DNA from: Squalus acanthias
Taxonomy: Eukaryota
DNA length: 64,000 nt
Assembly: GCA_030390025.1 (NCBI GenBank)
Contig: CM059433.1
Coordinates: 21,268,001 to 21,332,000, forward strand
Direction: 5' to 3'
Shown: in pieces, positions 51,598 through 64,000 of the stretch
Position numbering within the stretch: position 1 is the stretch's first letter
Layout: each line of letters starts with the position of its first letter
Notes under the pieces: generated by a model
Seen by the model: only the letters and a program-made list of their open reading frames with translations
Databases searched by the model: none
Told to the model about the DNA's origin: nothing
Program-made: the position numbers and the translations under genes

Positions 51598-52707
51598 ATG
51601 GTTCTTCAAAGTGCACCAACGCACAACTTCCCTGGCAGCTAACAGGGTGCCAAAAGAAAGGAAGTTTTCAAAGCAGGATGATCCTGGCATTGCCTAGGAC
51701 TGAGTCTGCCTGAAAAAACGGCCTGTTGAAGCAATAAGACTCTTTCTTGGTAGGCAGTAACAGCAGTAACAAGAGTAGGTGAGGTGGAACCAGCAGTTCT
51801 GTGAAGATGCAATTCTTCATCATCTCCATAGTTTCAAGTGTCATCTGATACATTTACAATGGTGTTATGCAGTAATGATCTTACCTTTATAAAGGAGCAA
51901 GTAATTGGAGGAGTATAATTTAAATGAGGTCCAAACTTGTTTCCTAGGTATTGCTTTGCAGGAGATTTTAAAATGTAATGTATTTCCCCCTCCCCCACAG
52001 GGTCCACCATTTTGGGTCTCCACACTCAGAAAAGAGTCAATCCCCTGATCTCAGTGATGAGAGCCAGAGAATGTAAGCCCCCCCAGACTACCATTCCTTC
52101 CTATGCCAGATGGCAAATGTGAGGCATCCTAGCCAGGACTGGCTGAGTTCTGCTGGTAGCAACGTTTGCAGCTCTGCACTTACATTCCAGTTTAAAGAAT
52201 GGTGTGATGAGCACTTTCGAACGACATTTTCTGAACTATTCTTATTCTGATTCATAACGTTCTACAAATAGTTTTGAACACCATTACTGATTCAGTTCTC
52301 TAACTCAATCCTGATGCGCTCAATAAACAACGTGTATTCAACAAAGTGAATCTCTTCATGACAGCAGTTGTATCACAGGATATTCTGTCAGCTGAATGAA
52401 GCTCTCTGACAGCAAAGGCACAAATTATTATTAAGGTTCTGGAAAAATTGTAGTCACTTATTTTGGGGATTGATATTAATTCAGATTCTCTGTAATCTGA
52501 TTACATTTAAACCTGCTACCCCGAATAAGATGAGATGGCTCAGGAATCAAACCTGGGATCTTTTGTTAAGTATGGCTGATTACTGCAATTGGGCAGTGCT
52601 TTTACCTCATGGCCATCATACAGCTGCAACTGTGATTTATAACAGCAAAGGTGTGCTATTGGACTTGTATATTGTGAATCGAAGTATATCCTTCTGAGGA
52701 AGACTCA

Positions 52708-53410
52708 AACCCCGATATTTACGGGGAGGTGAGGAGGGAGCGGGGGCGTCTGTCAGCGGCCGGGAAACCCGGAAATTCTGGGATCGCAGAGGCCCTGCCG
52801 AATTTAACGGCCGGACCTCATTAGAATTTTTTTAGTCTGCTTCCCGCCCGACAGCCGGCCGGATTGAGAGGCTGGCTGGCTGTCAGGCGGGAAGGCCAGC
52901 GTTGGAAGAGGACGGTCCCCGGCAATCGAGAAGATCAGGAGTCGTGGGGGTTGGGGGGGGCGGATGGTGCTTGGATCGTGGTGGGGGGGACAGAGAGATT
53001 GCGGGATGGGGGAGGGAACTCAGCGTGCGGTTTGGGCTTGGGTTGTGGGGGGAAGCGAGATCAAGGCAGGTTCACTTGAGGGGCCGGCGGGAAGCACTCC
53101 TGCTCCTCCTAACCCACAAGCAATGCTGGAAAAGCACTTACCTGCTACATCTGGCAGCTCCCGCCTCCCTTCAGCCTGCTGTTATTAAATCCAAATTGCT
53201 GATAAAATCGGAGGCAGGCAGCCTCATTTAAATATTATAATTATGAACCTGCCTCTGCAAAGCGGGTTACTCGTCCGACCCCAAACCCGCCCCAGTTAAA
53301 CCGGACGTAGGCAAGTTGCGGTTGGGTTTCCCATTTTTTCCATATGTAACCATCCCCCCCCAACCCCCGACCCTCTCCCACCCATCGTGGGGTGGTGAAA
53401 ATTACACCCC
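52708..53410. mobile_element. Harbinger-like MITE (related to 49469-50187)
   Basis: GC-rich. Shares ccgacagccggccggat...ggctggc..gcggga and cctcatt blocks with 49580-49655. Central hairpin at 53075-53120. Ends are degenerate. Confidence 0.6.
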
Positions 53411-53750
53411 TTGTGTTTGTTCTCTAACCACAAATTCCTGCAGACAATTTGGTTCCGTTTATACCACGCACTTCTACTATACTTTGGTCTATTAATTTAG
53501 CATTGGACAGGCAATTTGTTTATGCCAAGGGTTTGTGTATAAAGTTAAATTGTGCACAGCCATAAAGCCATCGTTTCAGAAGCTTGGGTATTTGCTTTCG
53601 TCAGTCAAGGGTCCAGATCCCAAGGAAATAATGATTATAGAATTATTGCATATTTAAGAGAATTGGTGCTTTTGAATGGGTTTACTGTAGAGTAGGGACC
53701 CAGAAAAAAATGGTGCTCTTTCTCTGTATATTGGCCTTCATGAAGACTAT

Positions 53751-54580
53751 GGGGGAAAAATTGGGTATCGCCCATTTTGGGGCGCTAATATCGGCCGTGC
53801 ACAAAGTTTAGCGCCCGGCGCTAATTATCATCTCTGACTGCAAAATTCGCTCTATCGCCCCTGGAGGTGATTTGAGCGCTAAATCAGGCGCGACACACCT
53901 CTCTTAAGGCGCAAACGTCGGGGCGTGAGGCGCAACCTCAGAACGACTACTGAAGCACAGGCGATATCAGTTACCATGGAAGCCAGACAGACTGGCGCCG
54001 TCCAGTTCTTAAAGGGGAGGGACCATCTTGCTGGCCAGCCACACCCTGCTCATTGCAGCCTTGATTCTCTGCCTGGAGAGACCTCTAAAGCAATTGTGTT
54101 GGAAGCACTAATGGATAGGCCCAGGGAAAGAGCTCAGTGCTTAGGAGCCTCAAAAGTGGTGCTGAGGGCCAAAACTCCTTAGGACAGTGTTAAATCTCTC
54201 CAGACATCTCTCTCCCTCTCAACCTGCGTGTCCCAAAAATTTTGCCGACAAGAAAAGGCAGGATGCGCCCGCCTTTAAATAGCGTTCCTCCAGCCCCTTC
54301 CCGACTTGAAAACGTTCCCCTCTACCTGTCGTTACTAGCGGCAGGCGCTAAGGCAGGGGGCGTGACTCAATGTCCGGTCCGGGACGCTACCAAGGCATTG
54401 CACGCTCGACTGACGTCACGATCTGCGGGAGCAGGAGATCGTGGCGGTAGTGATTAGTGCCGCCGCAAAATGACTGGTCAATTTCGTGAGCGGCGCTAAA
54501 ATCGCCGCGCTCGGGCGCTAAGTTCCTAGCACCCCCCGTTAGCGCCCCCCGGAGGTGCTAACCAACCGAATTTTTTCCCC
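53751..54580. mobile_element. PIF/Harbinger-type MITE, same family as 36463-37136 but in opposite orientation
   Basis: TIR GGGG(G/A)AAAAATT with flanks TAT/CAT. ccccgttagcgccccccggaggtgc is the reverse complement of gcgcctccggtgggaggcgctaacgggg at ~36485. Confidence 0.8.
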
Positions 54581-55984
54581 CATAAGTCTACGGTGGTTGA
54601 TAGTCACCCACCATCTATTGTTCAAGATATTTGCTGTGACTTAAATGGTCCAAAACTTCAAAAGAGTGGCACAGTTTTGAGGTGCTGGGAAAGCATGAAT
54701 TTAATTTCAATGCAGTGAGGATGCAGGGAGGGGAATGGACACATAGAACAGTACGTTTGGAGCTCAGGAGGAACAAGGAAAGCATATTAAATGGACCAAT
54801 GGACGACATGATGTACTCTGTAATTGTCTATAGATGAACACAAGCTAAACATGAGGAAACATTATAGTAATGGGCTACAGCTAGTCTTAAAATTAGCTGT
54901 TTGAATAGAATAAAATATGTTTCTTTGATTGTCTGGTTTGACAAGACAGATTCCAGCTTCCATCCAGCAGTTGTTGATGCTTCATTGCCTGCCTATATCA
55001 CCAGTCTATTTGGATTTATTCCATGTTACCAAACTACATACCTGCTTTTGAACCTTTGAAAACTCTTCTTTGTGGAAACAAAACATTAAGTCGTCTGATG
55101 CTGCTTGTTAGAATTTGGATTCCTCTCAACACTTGCTTCACCACAAAAAGGCAGAAACCTGAACTTTTATGTGGGCCTACGAATCGGATAACACACACAA
55201 AACTAGAAATTATCATTTGATGATGGTTAAGCACACCAGAGAATATGTGAGATTCCTACCACACACTCCTGCCCACTCGTAAATATTATGCTGATACCAA
55301 AACTAATATTCAACTTTATTTAGCCATAAGATTACACAGAATCCGTAAAACATAGCAGAATGTTGTTGGTACAAACATTTCGAAAAATGATAAAGATTGA
55401 ATTGTTTCAGAGATCAAAATGTTTCTCTGGAATACCATTCTCTTACAGTCCAATAATCTGTAAGACTTTTGGAGGAACAGAATATTTCATAGACACCCGA
55501 ATGCAATGTATCTGCATTGCTGAGGCGATATTCTTGTCCACTACAGAGTTCAAATGTCAACTACAGAAGGCTGAACTCTGAACTTGAGCGCTAAACTGAC
55601 GACGACTAGTAATGGCAGTGCCTTTATGCCGCAAGAAGCCTTTAACATCATGTGTTAAATTTGAGACATTAGCTATCTTCCTTTTGAGATGACCGCGATA
55701 ATGAATTGGTCTACTTCCCCAAATCTGCAAAGTCACATATACTAAGACCACAAATTGGATTGATTCAGATACCAAGCAATCTGACATAATTAATTTCTGA
55801 ATACAAATAACAACGCCAAGGAAGAAAATTGTCTAGGACAGAGGACTCCTATTGAAATGTGGCTGAATCAGAAGGGCTTTGTCTATTGGCTAATGCGTTG
55901 ATATAAAAGAACTCTTTTAAAGAATCAGCTATCTGAGGCCAATTTTTTAAAACACATTTATCCTGTTTAGTTACAATGACCTGA

Positions 55985-58926
55985 AATAAGAATAAGAATA
56001 AAACTGGACGGACCACCCGACATCAACATCGACCTCGGCACTGGCTACGGACACGACAATGGCACACCCAGTTGACCCTGCAAAGTCCTCCTCACGAATA
56101 TCTAGGGACTTGTGCCAAAATTAGGAGAGCTGTCCCACAGACTAGTCAAGCAACAGCCTGACATAGTCATACTCACAGAATCATTCCTTTCAGCCAATGT
56201 CCCAGACTCCTCCAAAACCATCCCTCGGTATGTCCTGTACCACTGGCAGGATAGACCCACCAGTGGTGACGGTACAGTGGTATAGAGTCAGGAGGGAGTG
56301 GCCCTGGGAGTCCTCAATGCTGATTCCGGACCCCATGAAGTCTCATGTCTTCAGGTTAAGCATGGGCAAGAAAACCTCCTGCTGATTACCACCTACCACC
56401 CTCCCTCAGCTGATGAATCAGTACTCCTCCATGTTGAACACCACTTGGAGGAAGCACTGAGAGTAGCAAGGGCACAGAATGTACACTGGGTGAGGGACTT
56501 CAATGTCCATCACCAAGAGTGGCCTGTTGCCCCACTACTAAACGAGCTGGCCAAGTCCTGAAGGACATAACTGCCAGACTGGGCCTGCAGCAGGTGGTGA
56601 GAGAACCAACACGAGGGAAAAACCTACTTGACCTCACCCTCACCAATCTACCTGTCGCAGATGCATCTGTCCATGACAGCATTGGAGCAATGACCACCGC
56701 AGAGTCATTGTGGAGACAAAGTCCCGTCTTCACACTGAGGACACCCTCCATTGTGTTGTGTGGCACTACCACCGTGCTAAATGGAATAGAAACAGAACAG
56801 ATCTAGCAGCTCAAAAATGGGCATCCATGAGGCGCTGTGGGCCATCAGCAGCAGCAGAATTGTATTCCACCACAATCTGTAACCTCATGGCCCAGCATAT
56901 CCCTCACTCTACCACCACCATCAAGCCAGGGGACCAACTCTGGTTCAATAAGGAGTGTAGAAGAGCATGCCAGGAACAGCACCAGGCGTACCTAAAAATG
57001 AGGTGCCAACCTGGGGAAGCTGCAGCACAGGACTACATGCATGCTAAACAATGGAAGCAGCATGCTATAGACAGAGCTAAGCGATCCCATAATCAACGGA
57101 TCAGATAAAAGCTCTGAGGTTCTGCCACATCCAGTTGTGAATGGTGGTGGACCATTAAACAACTAGCGGGAGGAGGAGGCTCCATGAATATCCCCATCCT
57201 CAATGATGGTGGAGCCCAGCACATGAGTGCAAAAGACAAGGCTGAAGCATTTGCAACCATCTTCAGCCAGAAGTGCCGAGTGGATGATCCATATCAGCCT
57301 CCTCCTGAGGTCCCCACCACCACAGAAGCCAGTCTTCAGCCAATTCGATTCACTCCACGTGACATCAAGAAATTGCTGAGCGCACTGGATACAGCAAAGG
57401 CTATGGGCCCCGACAACATCCCGGCTGTCATGCTGAAGGCTTGTGCTCCAGAACTAGCCACGCCTCTAGCCAAGCTGTTCCAGTACAGCTATAACACTGG
57501 CATCTATCCGACAATGTGGAAAACTGCCCAGGTATGTCCTGTCCAGAAAAAGCAGGACAAATCCAATCCGTCCAATTACCGCCCCAGCAGTCTACTCTCA
57601 ATCATCAGCAAAGTGATGGAAGGTGTCATCGACAGTGTGATCAAGCAGCGCTTACTCACCAATAACCTGCTCACTGATGTCCAGTTTGGGTTACGCCAGG
57701 ACCACTCTTCTCAAGACCTCATTACAGCCTTGATCCAAACATGGACAAAAGAGCTGAATTCCAAGGTGAGGTGAGAGCGACTGCCCCTGACATCAAGGCA
57801 GCATTTGACTGAGTGTGGCAAAAAGGAGCCCCAGTAAAACTGAAGTCAATGGGAATCAGGGGGAAAACTCTCCACTGGTTGGCATCATACCTAGCACAAA
57901 GGAAGATGGTTGTGGTTGTTGGAGGTCAATCATCTCAGCCCCAGGACATCGCTAAAGGAGTTCCTCAGGGCAGTGTCCCAGGCCCAACCATCTTAAGCTG
58001 CTTCATCAATGACCTTCCCTCCATCATAAGGTCAGACGTGGGGATGTTCACTGATGACCGTTCACAACTCCTCCCATAATGAAGCTGTCCATGCCTGCAT
58101 GCAGCAAGACCTGGACGATTGGGCTGATAAGTGGCAAGTAACATTCGTGCCACACAAGTGCCAGGCAACGACTATCTCCAACAAGCGAGAGTCTAACAAC
58201 TGTCCCTTGACATTCAACGGCATTACAATAGCTGAATTCCCCCACCATCACCATCCTGGGGGTCACCATTGATCAGAAACTTAACTGGACCAGCCACATA
58301 AATATTGTGGCAACAAGAGTAGGTCAGAGGCTGGGTATTCTGCGGCGAGTGTCTCACCTCCTGACTCTCCAAAGCCTTTCCACCATCTACAAGGCACAAG
58401 TAAGGAGTGTGATTGAATACTCTCCACTTGCCTGGATGAGTGCAGCTCCAACAACACTCAAGAAGCTTGACACCATCCAGGACAAAGCAGCCCGCTTGAT
58501 TGACACCCCATCCACCACCTTAAACATTCATTCCCTCCACCACTGGCGTACTGTGTCTGCAGTGTGCACCATCTACAAGATGCACTGCAGCAACTCGCCA
58601 AGGCTTCTTCAGCAGCACCTCCCAAACTTGCGACCTCTACCACCTAGAAAGACAAGGGCAGCAGGCACATGGGAACACCACCACCTCAAAGTTCCCCTCC
58701 AAGTCACACACTATCCTGACTTGGAAATATATCGCCGTTCCTTCATCGTCGCTGGGTCAAAATCCTGGAACTCCCTCCCTAACAGCACTGTGGGAGTACC
58801 TTCACCACACGGATTGTAGCAGTTCAAGAAGGCGGCTCGCCACCACTTGCTCAGGGCAACTAGGGAATGCGCAATAAATGCTGGCCTTGCCAGCGACACC
58901 CACATCCCAGGAACGATTAAAAAAAC
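55985..58926 (+). mobile_element. Near-complete but inactivated APE-RT non-LTR retrotransposon (CR1/Jockey group, distinct from the other CR1s)
   Basis: APE motifs NI.GLVPK...QPDIVILTES, YHPPS, DFNVHH and PTRGKNLLDL. RT motifs GPDNIP, NYRPSSLL, QFGLR, DIKAAFD, GVPQGSVPGP and MFTDD. C-terminus KAQVRSVIEYS...WNSLP. Split by many stops and frameshifts. A-rich tail. Confidence 0.95.
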
Positions 58927-59734
58927 GATTTAATGCAGAACTTTTCCTTGTTTGACAATTGGCCTGACATTAGTTAACATTGACAAAGTTAATATTTTGA
59001 CTCTTTTTGACACACTACACTAAAGTGTTAAAAATGTTTTGTATTAGGGATTCAATGTTTTCATTACTTAGGTTCATGAGGACGGATCGGAATGTACAGT
59101 TGCTTCTGGTTCTTTTGCATTAATTGATGCAGAATAGAAATAGTCCACAATGGAGAATAAGCTCAAGCATGCTACACAAAAGTGTCATGCACGGTTAGTC
59201 AGTGAAATTTACTCTACATATTGATTATCAAGCCTTGGCAACTCTATTTACACTCTGCATTCTAGTGTGACTGTTCTATTTTGTAATAAGAGGAGTTGTC
59301 AACTATGTCCTGCAAAGTAAAATTCAACGAGGATGTTGAATGCCAAACAATAATAACATATTGCTGCTGACTGTTTGGCTAGGATGCTGTTTTTGTTCAG
59401 GGATGAAAAGCAAGAGGATGACAGAGACAGTTGATATGATTACTGAATGGTTTGGTTCTATTTCAGAGGAAATTCAAGTTGCTAGTACTTTTTGTCCTGT
59501 ATGTACAAGTTAGATTCACAGTTGCTGGAGAACTCTACAACAAAGCACAAGAAAATGGATTCAGAACTGTTGGCTCGCTGCTATATATATATATTTATCG
59601 ATGCGGTGAATTTGCTATTCAGATGGATTACATTTGTCAGACTATTCATTATTTGATGGTAGCTGCATCTCTTCAGGAGATTATTTGCCTTGCTTTTGAG
59701 AGTTACCAGGATGTTCTAAGGGTAAAGCAAAGAC

Positions 59735-60735
59735 AATGCCCCAGCTGATCAAAGAAAGTCAGCATAGATTTGTGAATAGTAGGTCACGTCTGACTAATTT
59801 AGGTGCATTTTTTGAGGAAGTCACTAGCATGGTGGATAGGGGAATGTCTATGGATTTTGCTTATATGGGCTTCCAGAAGGCATTTGATAAAATTCCACAC
59901 AAGAGATTACTAACAAAACAGAGAGCGCACGGAATTGGAGGTAACCTTGTGAGGTTGATCAGTAATTAGTTGGGCGGTAAGAGACAGAGTAGAGACAAAA
60001 GGTTCATTCTCTGGCTGGCGGGATGTGACAACCAGTGCTTCCCAGAGATCTGTTCTGGGGCCTCAGCATTTCACCATATATATCAGTAATTTGGAAGAAC
60101 AAATAGGGAGTTGTATATCCAAGTTTGCAGACGAAGCTGAGTTAGGAGGCACAGGAAGTTGTGCAGATGGGAGCAGGAAGTTACAAAGGGACATAGACAG
60201 ACTAACTGAGTGGGCATAACTATGGCAGATGGAGTTTAATGTGGGGAATTGTGAAGTTATCCACTTTGGATCTGAGTAAGACAAAACGGAATAGTTTCTT
60301 AACGGTCAAGGACTAGGAGCTGTGGCGGAGCATAACCATGACTTGTATTTTCTTGACTATAGAAGGTTGAGGGGTGATCTAATCAAAGTGTTTAAAATGA
60401 TGAAGGGATTCGATAGGGTAGATACAGAGAAACTATAATCCAGAACAAGAGGGAATAACCTTAATCTTCAAGCTAGGCCATTTAGAAGTCAAATAGGAAG
60501 CACTTTTTAGTAGAAATCTGGAACTCTTTCCCCAAAAGGCTATGGATGCTGGGTCAATTAAAATTTTCAAGACTGAGATTGATAGAGTTTTGTTGGGTAA
60601 GGGTATCAAAGGATATGGAACAACGATGTTGAAATGGAGTTAAGGTACAGATTAGCCATGATCTAATTGAATAGCGGAACAGGCTCAAGGGACTGAATCA
60701 CCTACTCACATTCATATGTTTCCTATATTCCTATC
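59735..60735 (+). mobile_element. Decayed CR1 LINE (RT to 3' end, internal deletion)
   Basis: Peptides LIKESQHRFV, FQKAFDKIPHKRL, QRSVLGP and SKFADEAEL. 3' UTR gattagccatgatctaattgaat. Confidence 0.93.
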
Positions 60736-62049
60736 CAGTATGGATTCTCACATTGAACATGTTACCTATAGTCAGAATGGCACGACTAAATTACCACTGA
60801 CATAAGGGAGTATTGTGACTTCATCCCAGCTGATTGCTATCATTCAATTATATTGGTGGACCAATATAAATAACCTAAACAGGATTTTGCTTCATAGGGG
60901 GAATCGAAGAATTGTAACCAAGTTCCTATCTCCTGTTTTCAGTAGAGAAGAAAATTGCAATGATTTGATTTCAGGTGATAGATCTGAGTTGGCCTCTGAA
61001 GAAATTGCTGAATTCACGTGACACTTAGGAACTAAACATTTGTGCTCACTATGTAGAAGTAGAGCACATCAATCAAATTATGAAGGACTGTTCAAAGCTT
61101 TGAAGGATTACCACTGAAATCTTTTGTTCCTAAATTACTAATTGGCTACAGGGCAACTTCTTATGCCATAACAGGAGGGTCACCACCTCAGCTCTTCCAA
61201 AGATGACCAAATTAAACATCATTATACAAGTGTGCTTATCATTAATGGTAGTAAATTCACACAATACATTTGGTGATACAGAAAAAGAAAAAAATTACAG
61301 CATACGCAGGTGAATGCTCTAGGATTAAAGCTGAAGGTTTCAAGTACAGTATGGAGATTTAGTTCTTTTAAGAAAACCTTGGAAAACTAAAATGGGTGAA
61401 TCAAATGCTGACATTAAAGTACACTTTATGTAAACTCAAACTGATGTGAGAGAGTATTCTGTCGGGATTCTGTTATCCCATTACTTTTAGTATGCTTACT
61501 AGTCTTCTATATTATGCTGACACTTTTATACGGTGTACCCAAAACTGCTTTGTACTTATGTCAAAGTCGCAGCAAAGCTGAAACCTTAAAATATTCAAGA
61601 CTTGGTCAACAAAGGCCACCATTTTACCTCCGTCATTCGAAATCTGTCTCTCGTGGGATCTAGGCAGGGCCTCTTCAATGAAGGATTCTGCCAAAGCAAG
61701 GGTATTAAGAATGTGGAACTGTGCTCTTGATATTGAAAATACATATCCCATTGTTACAAATTCCTTTAAGTAGACTAATACCTTTTGTAAACTGGCAGGT
61801 CAAAGCTTGCAAGGTTTCACAAAATTTCTATTACGTATTTTGTACATTCTCAGCAATTCTCTATCCTTTTGCTGCCCACATCCACATAACCTTAAAACAT
61901 TGAATTAGGTATTGTCTAATGCCCTTCTTATACTGGGATTTTTAAGCTATGTTTACAATTGCAGCAGCATAAATGCAATATGAAAATTCCAGTGGAGTCA
62001 TCAAATCAAAATCAGCTCTAACTCTATCAGATACACCTACATTGACCCG

Positions 62050-62576
62050 AGGCAGGGTTTTTTTTTAACTTGGAGTGGGTTTCCGTTGGGAAAGCAAGTT
62101 AAATTCCTGCCTGCACGCAGCAGCAGGAGGCCTTCGGTGATTTTAACTGTCGAGCCTCGGTTAAATGCTGTTGGTCAACCTCCTGCCCAGAGTGGACGGG
62201 AATAGGGCGCTGAACAGCTGCCGGTTGTTGAAGATTGGTCGGCCCTTGGCCGCCTGTTCACATCCAGGGAAAGGGGGTTTGGAGGGGGGGAGGGGTTCTC
62301 GCTGGAGCGAATGGGGCGGGGGCCTGTGGAGGTGGAGGTCATGACTTTCCTTGTGGGCCCCGGAGGAGCTCTCCTGCTCCTTCTGGCCCCACAAAGTAAC
62401 TTATCTTTTGGGCCACTCTGTCCTTCCAGACTGCTTCCCACCTGCTTTCAGCTGGTAGGAAAGCTGCCTTGGCCACTTGCAGAACCCTGGATTGCAGGCG
62501 GTGGGAAAGGGATGAGTTCCCAGCGGTTCGATTTCAGCCGCTCACCCACTGGGTTAGTAGGGTTAAAATTGACCCA
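62050..62576. mobile_element. Harbinger-like MITE
   Basis: Right end GTAGGGTTAAAATTGACCC matches 11791-11809. Central hairpin at 62350-62396. Confidence 0.65.
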
Positions 62577-62740
62577 AGGTATTGGGTCCAGAAGTGAAAT
62601 GATGGACTCAGAGCCAGTTGAAGAACCAGACTGATGCAGTCTGTCATAACCTAATGCACAGTGTGCCATTATGGCATACGTTGGCTAGCTGGTTATAGAT
62701 CCTGAGCAGTATAAATCCCACCATTCTGATTGGCAGATGA

Positions 62741-62960
62741 AAGCGGTGAAATTCGACTTTGGCAGTAGTGCAAAATGTGCACTAGCAAATCGGCCGCCTG
62801 TTTTACACTCTTCTCCAATCAGGAGAGAGGGAGGAGGGAAAGTGATCGGGAGTGGGTATGGGGGCAGAGCGGGGGCCAGCAATGGTCTTTGGCACTGCAG
62901 TGGAACTGAGAGGAACACTCCTGCTCCTCCCGACTCCACATTCAGGGAAGTATTTTTTAT
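62741..62960. mobile_element. Truncated Harbinger-like MITE
   Basis: Left end gcggtgaaattcg and central hairpin at 62900-62939. Right part is replaced by CR1 sequence. Confidence 0.45.
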
Positions 62961-63390
62961 AAATTTACATTTAGGATGGATGTCAAAGCAACGGAAGAGC
63001 TGTAGTATAGATTCACTCGGATGTTGCCTGGGATGAGGGATCGCCGTTAATGAAGGAAGATGTGAGACGTTACGGCACTTTTTCATTGGAGCACAGAAGG
63101 TTAAGCAATGAACTGACAGAGGTCTTCAAGATTATAAAGGCTTATGATAAGGTAAATAATGATAGATTGTTTCCATTGGTCAGTTAGACAGTAAGAAGCG
63201 AGCACAAATTCAAGGTAATTACAAAAAGAATTAAATTGGAGGTTGGAAAATAATCTTTACACAGAGTGATTATAATGTGGAATTGTCTGCCACAAACTGT
63301 TAGTGAAACAGAGTCCACAAATACTTTTGAGTGTAATTAGAAAGTTGCTTGAAAAAGGAATGTTACAAAGTCGGAAGAGTAGGATTGATG
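62960..63390 (+). mobile_element. Degenerate CR1 3' fragment
   Basis: agattcactcggatgttgcctgggatg encodes RFTRMLPGM. Also gaggtcttcaagattataaagg and tgtggaattgtctgcca (WNCLP). Confidence 0.85.
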
Positions 63391-64000
63391 GAGCAAACGG
63401 TTATCCAACATCATTGTGGTTCCCATGTGCTGTCATTAGGAATAATCCCAGATTCCATCCTCAGGAGCATTATGCCAGCAGCACTCATGGATATCAAGCT
63501 GAAGGGTGAGGGGAAATGATGCGACAAAAAAACCAATGTAGTTCTGTCTTGTAGTTTTGTGGAGGTTCCTTTAATTGCGTCAGAATCTTGTTGATACAGA
63601 TGTTGCAAATTTTGTCCGCAGAGTTTGAGGAAAGAGCCGGGCTACTTTCAAACACAGATTTGTGATTTGTTCAGCTTTGTCAGTTATTTTCAAAGGTGGC
63701 TCTCAGTTCCTCAGATCCAGGGAGTCCCAGTGTCTGTAGCTGTTCAAATTACTTAGTCACTTCCAAGAGATATAGTTCAGGTTAATGCAGCTCCCACAAG
63801 TGATAAGAAATATAGGAAAAGGAAACACTGCAGATATCAAACATTAACTCAAAAGTTATCTACAAAAGAATAGCTAGCATTTAGATTGCATCCTTTCCTT
63901 GCCTTTGAATAGCTAGAAAGAAGAATTTCTACTTCGGATATGTATGTGTATTGTGTTACTGTTATTTAATTGTTTGTTCATTTTTTGTTAAATATATTTG

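Overview
Vertebrate genomic DNA, most likely a cartilaginous fish (shark-type CR1/L2 LINEs and a SacSINE1-like Deu-domain SINE). The whole window lies inside one + strand gene, CSMD1 (CUB and Sushi multiple domains 1). Three coding exons with canonical AG/GT ends are present (5613-5700, 40978-41102, 46273-46394). They splice in frame to give [111 protein letters not shown], i.e. a Sushi domain plus the start of a CUB domain. The rest is intron, dense with decayed transposable elements: many CR1 and L2 fragments, one near-complete but broken APE-RT LINE, three tRNA-derived SINE families, about a dozen GC-rich PIF/Harbinger-type MITEs, and a Tc1/mariner-type MITE. I see no evidence of a novel multi-gene system. 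The most unusual signals are a ~46-nt hairpin shared by seven otherwise divergent MITEs, a Harbinger derivative carrying a Myb/SANT remnant, a SINE sharing its tail with the long LINE, two fold-back elements, and inverted repeat pairs bracketing CSMD1 exons. Repeat boundaries are read by eye and are approximate. Family names come from recalled motifs, not database searches.
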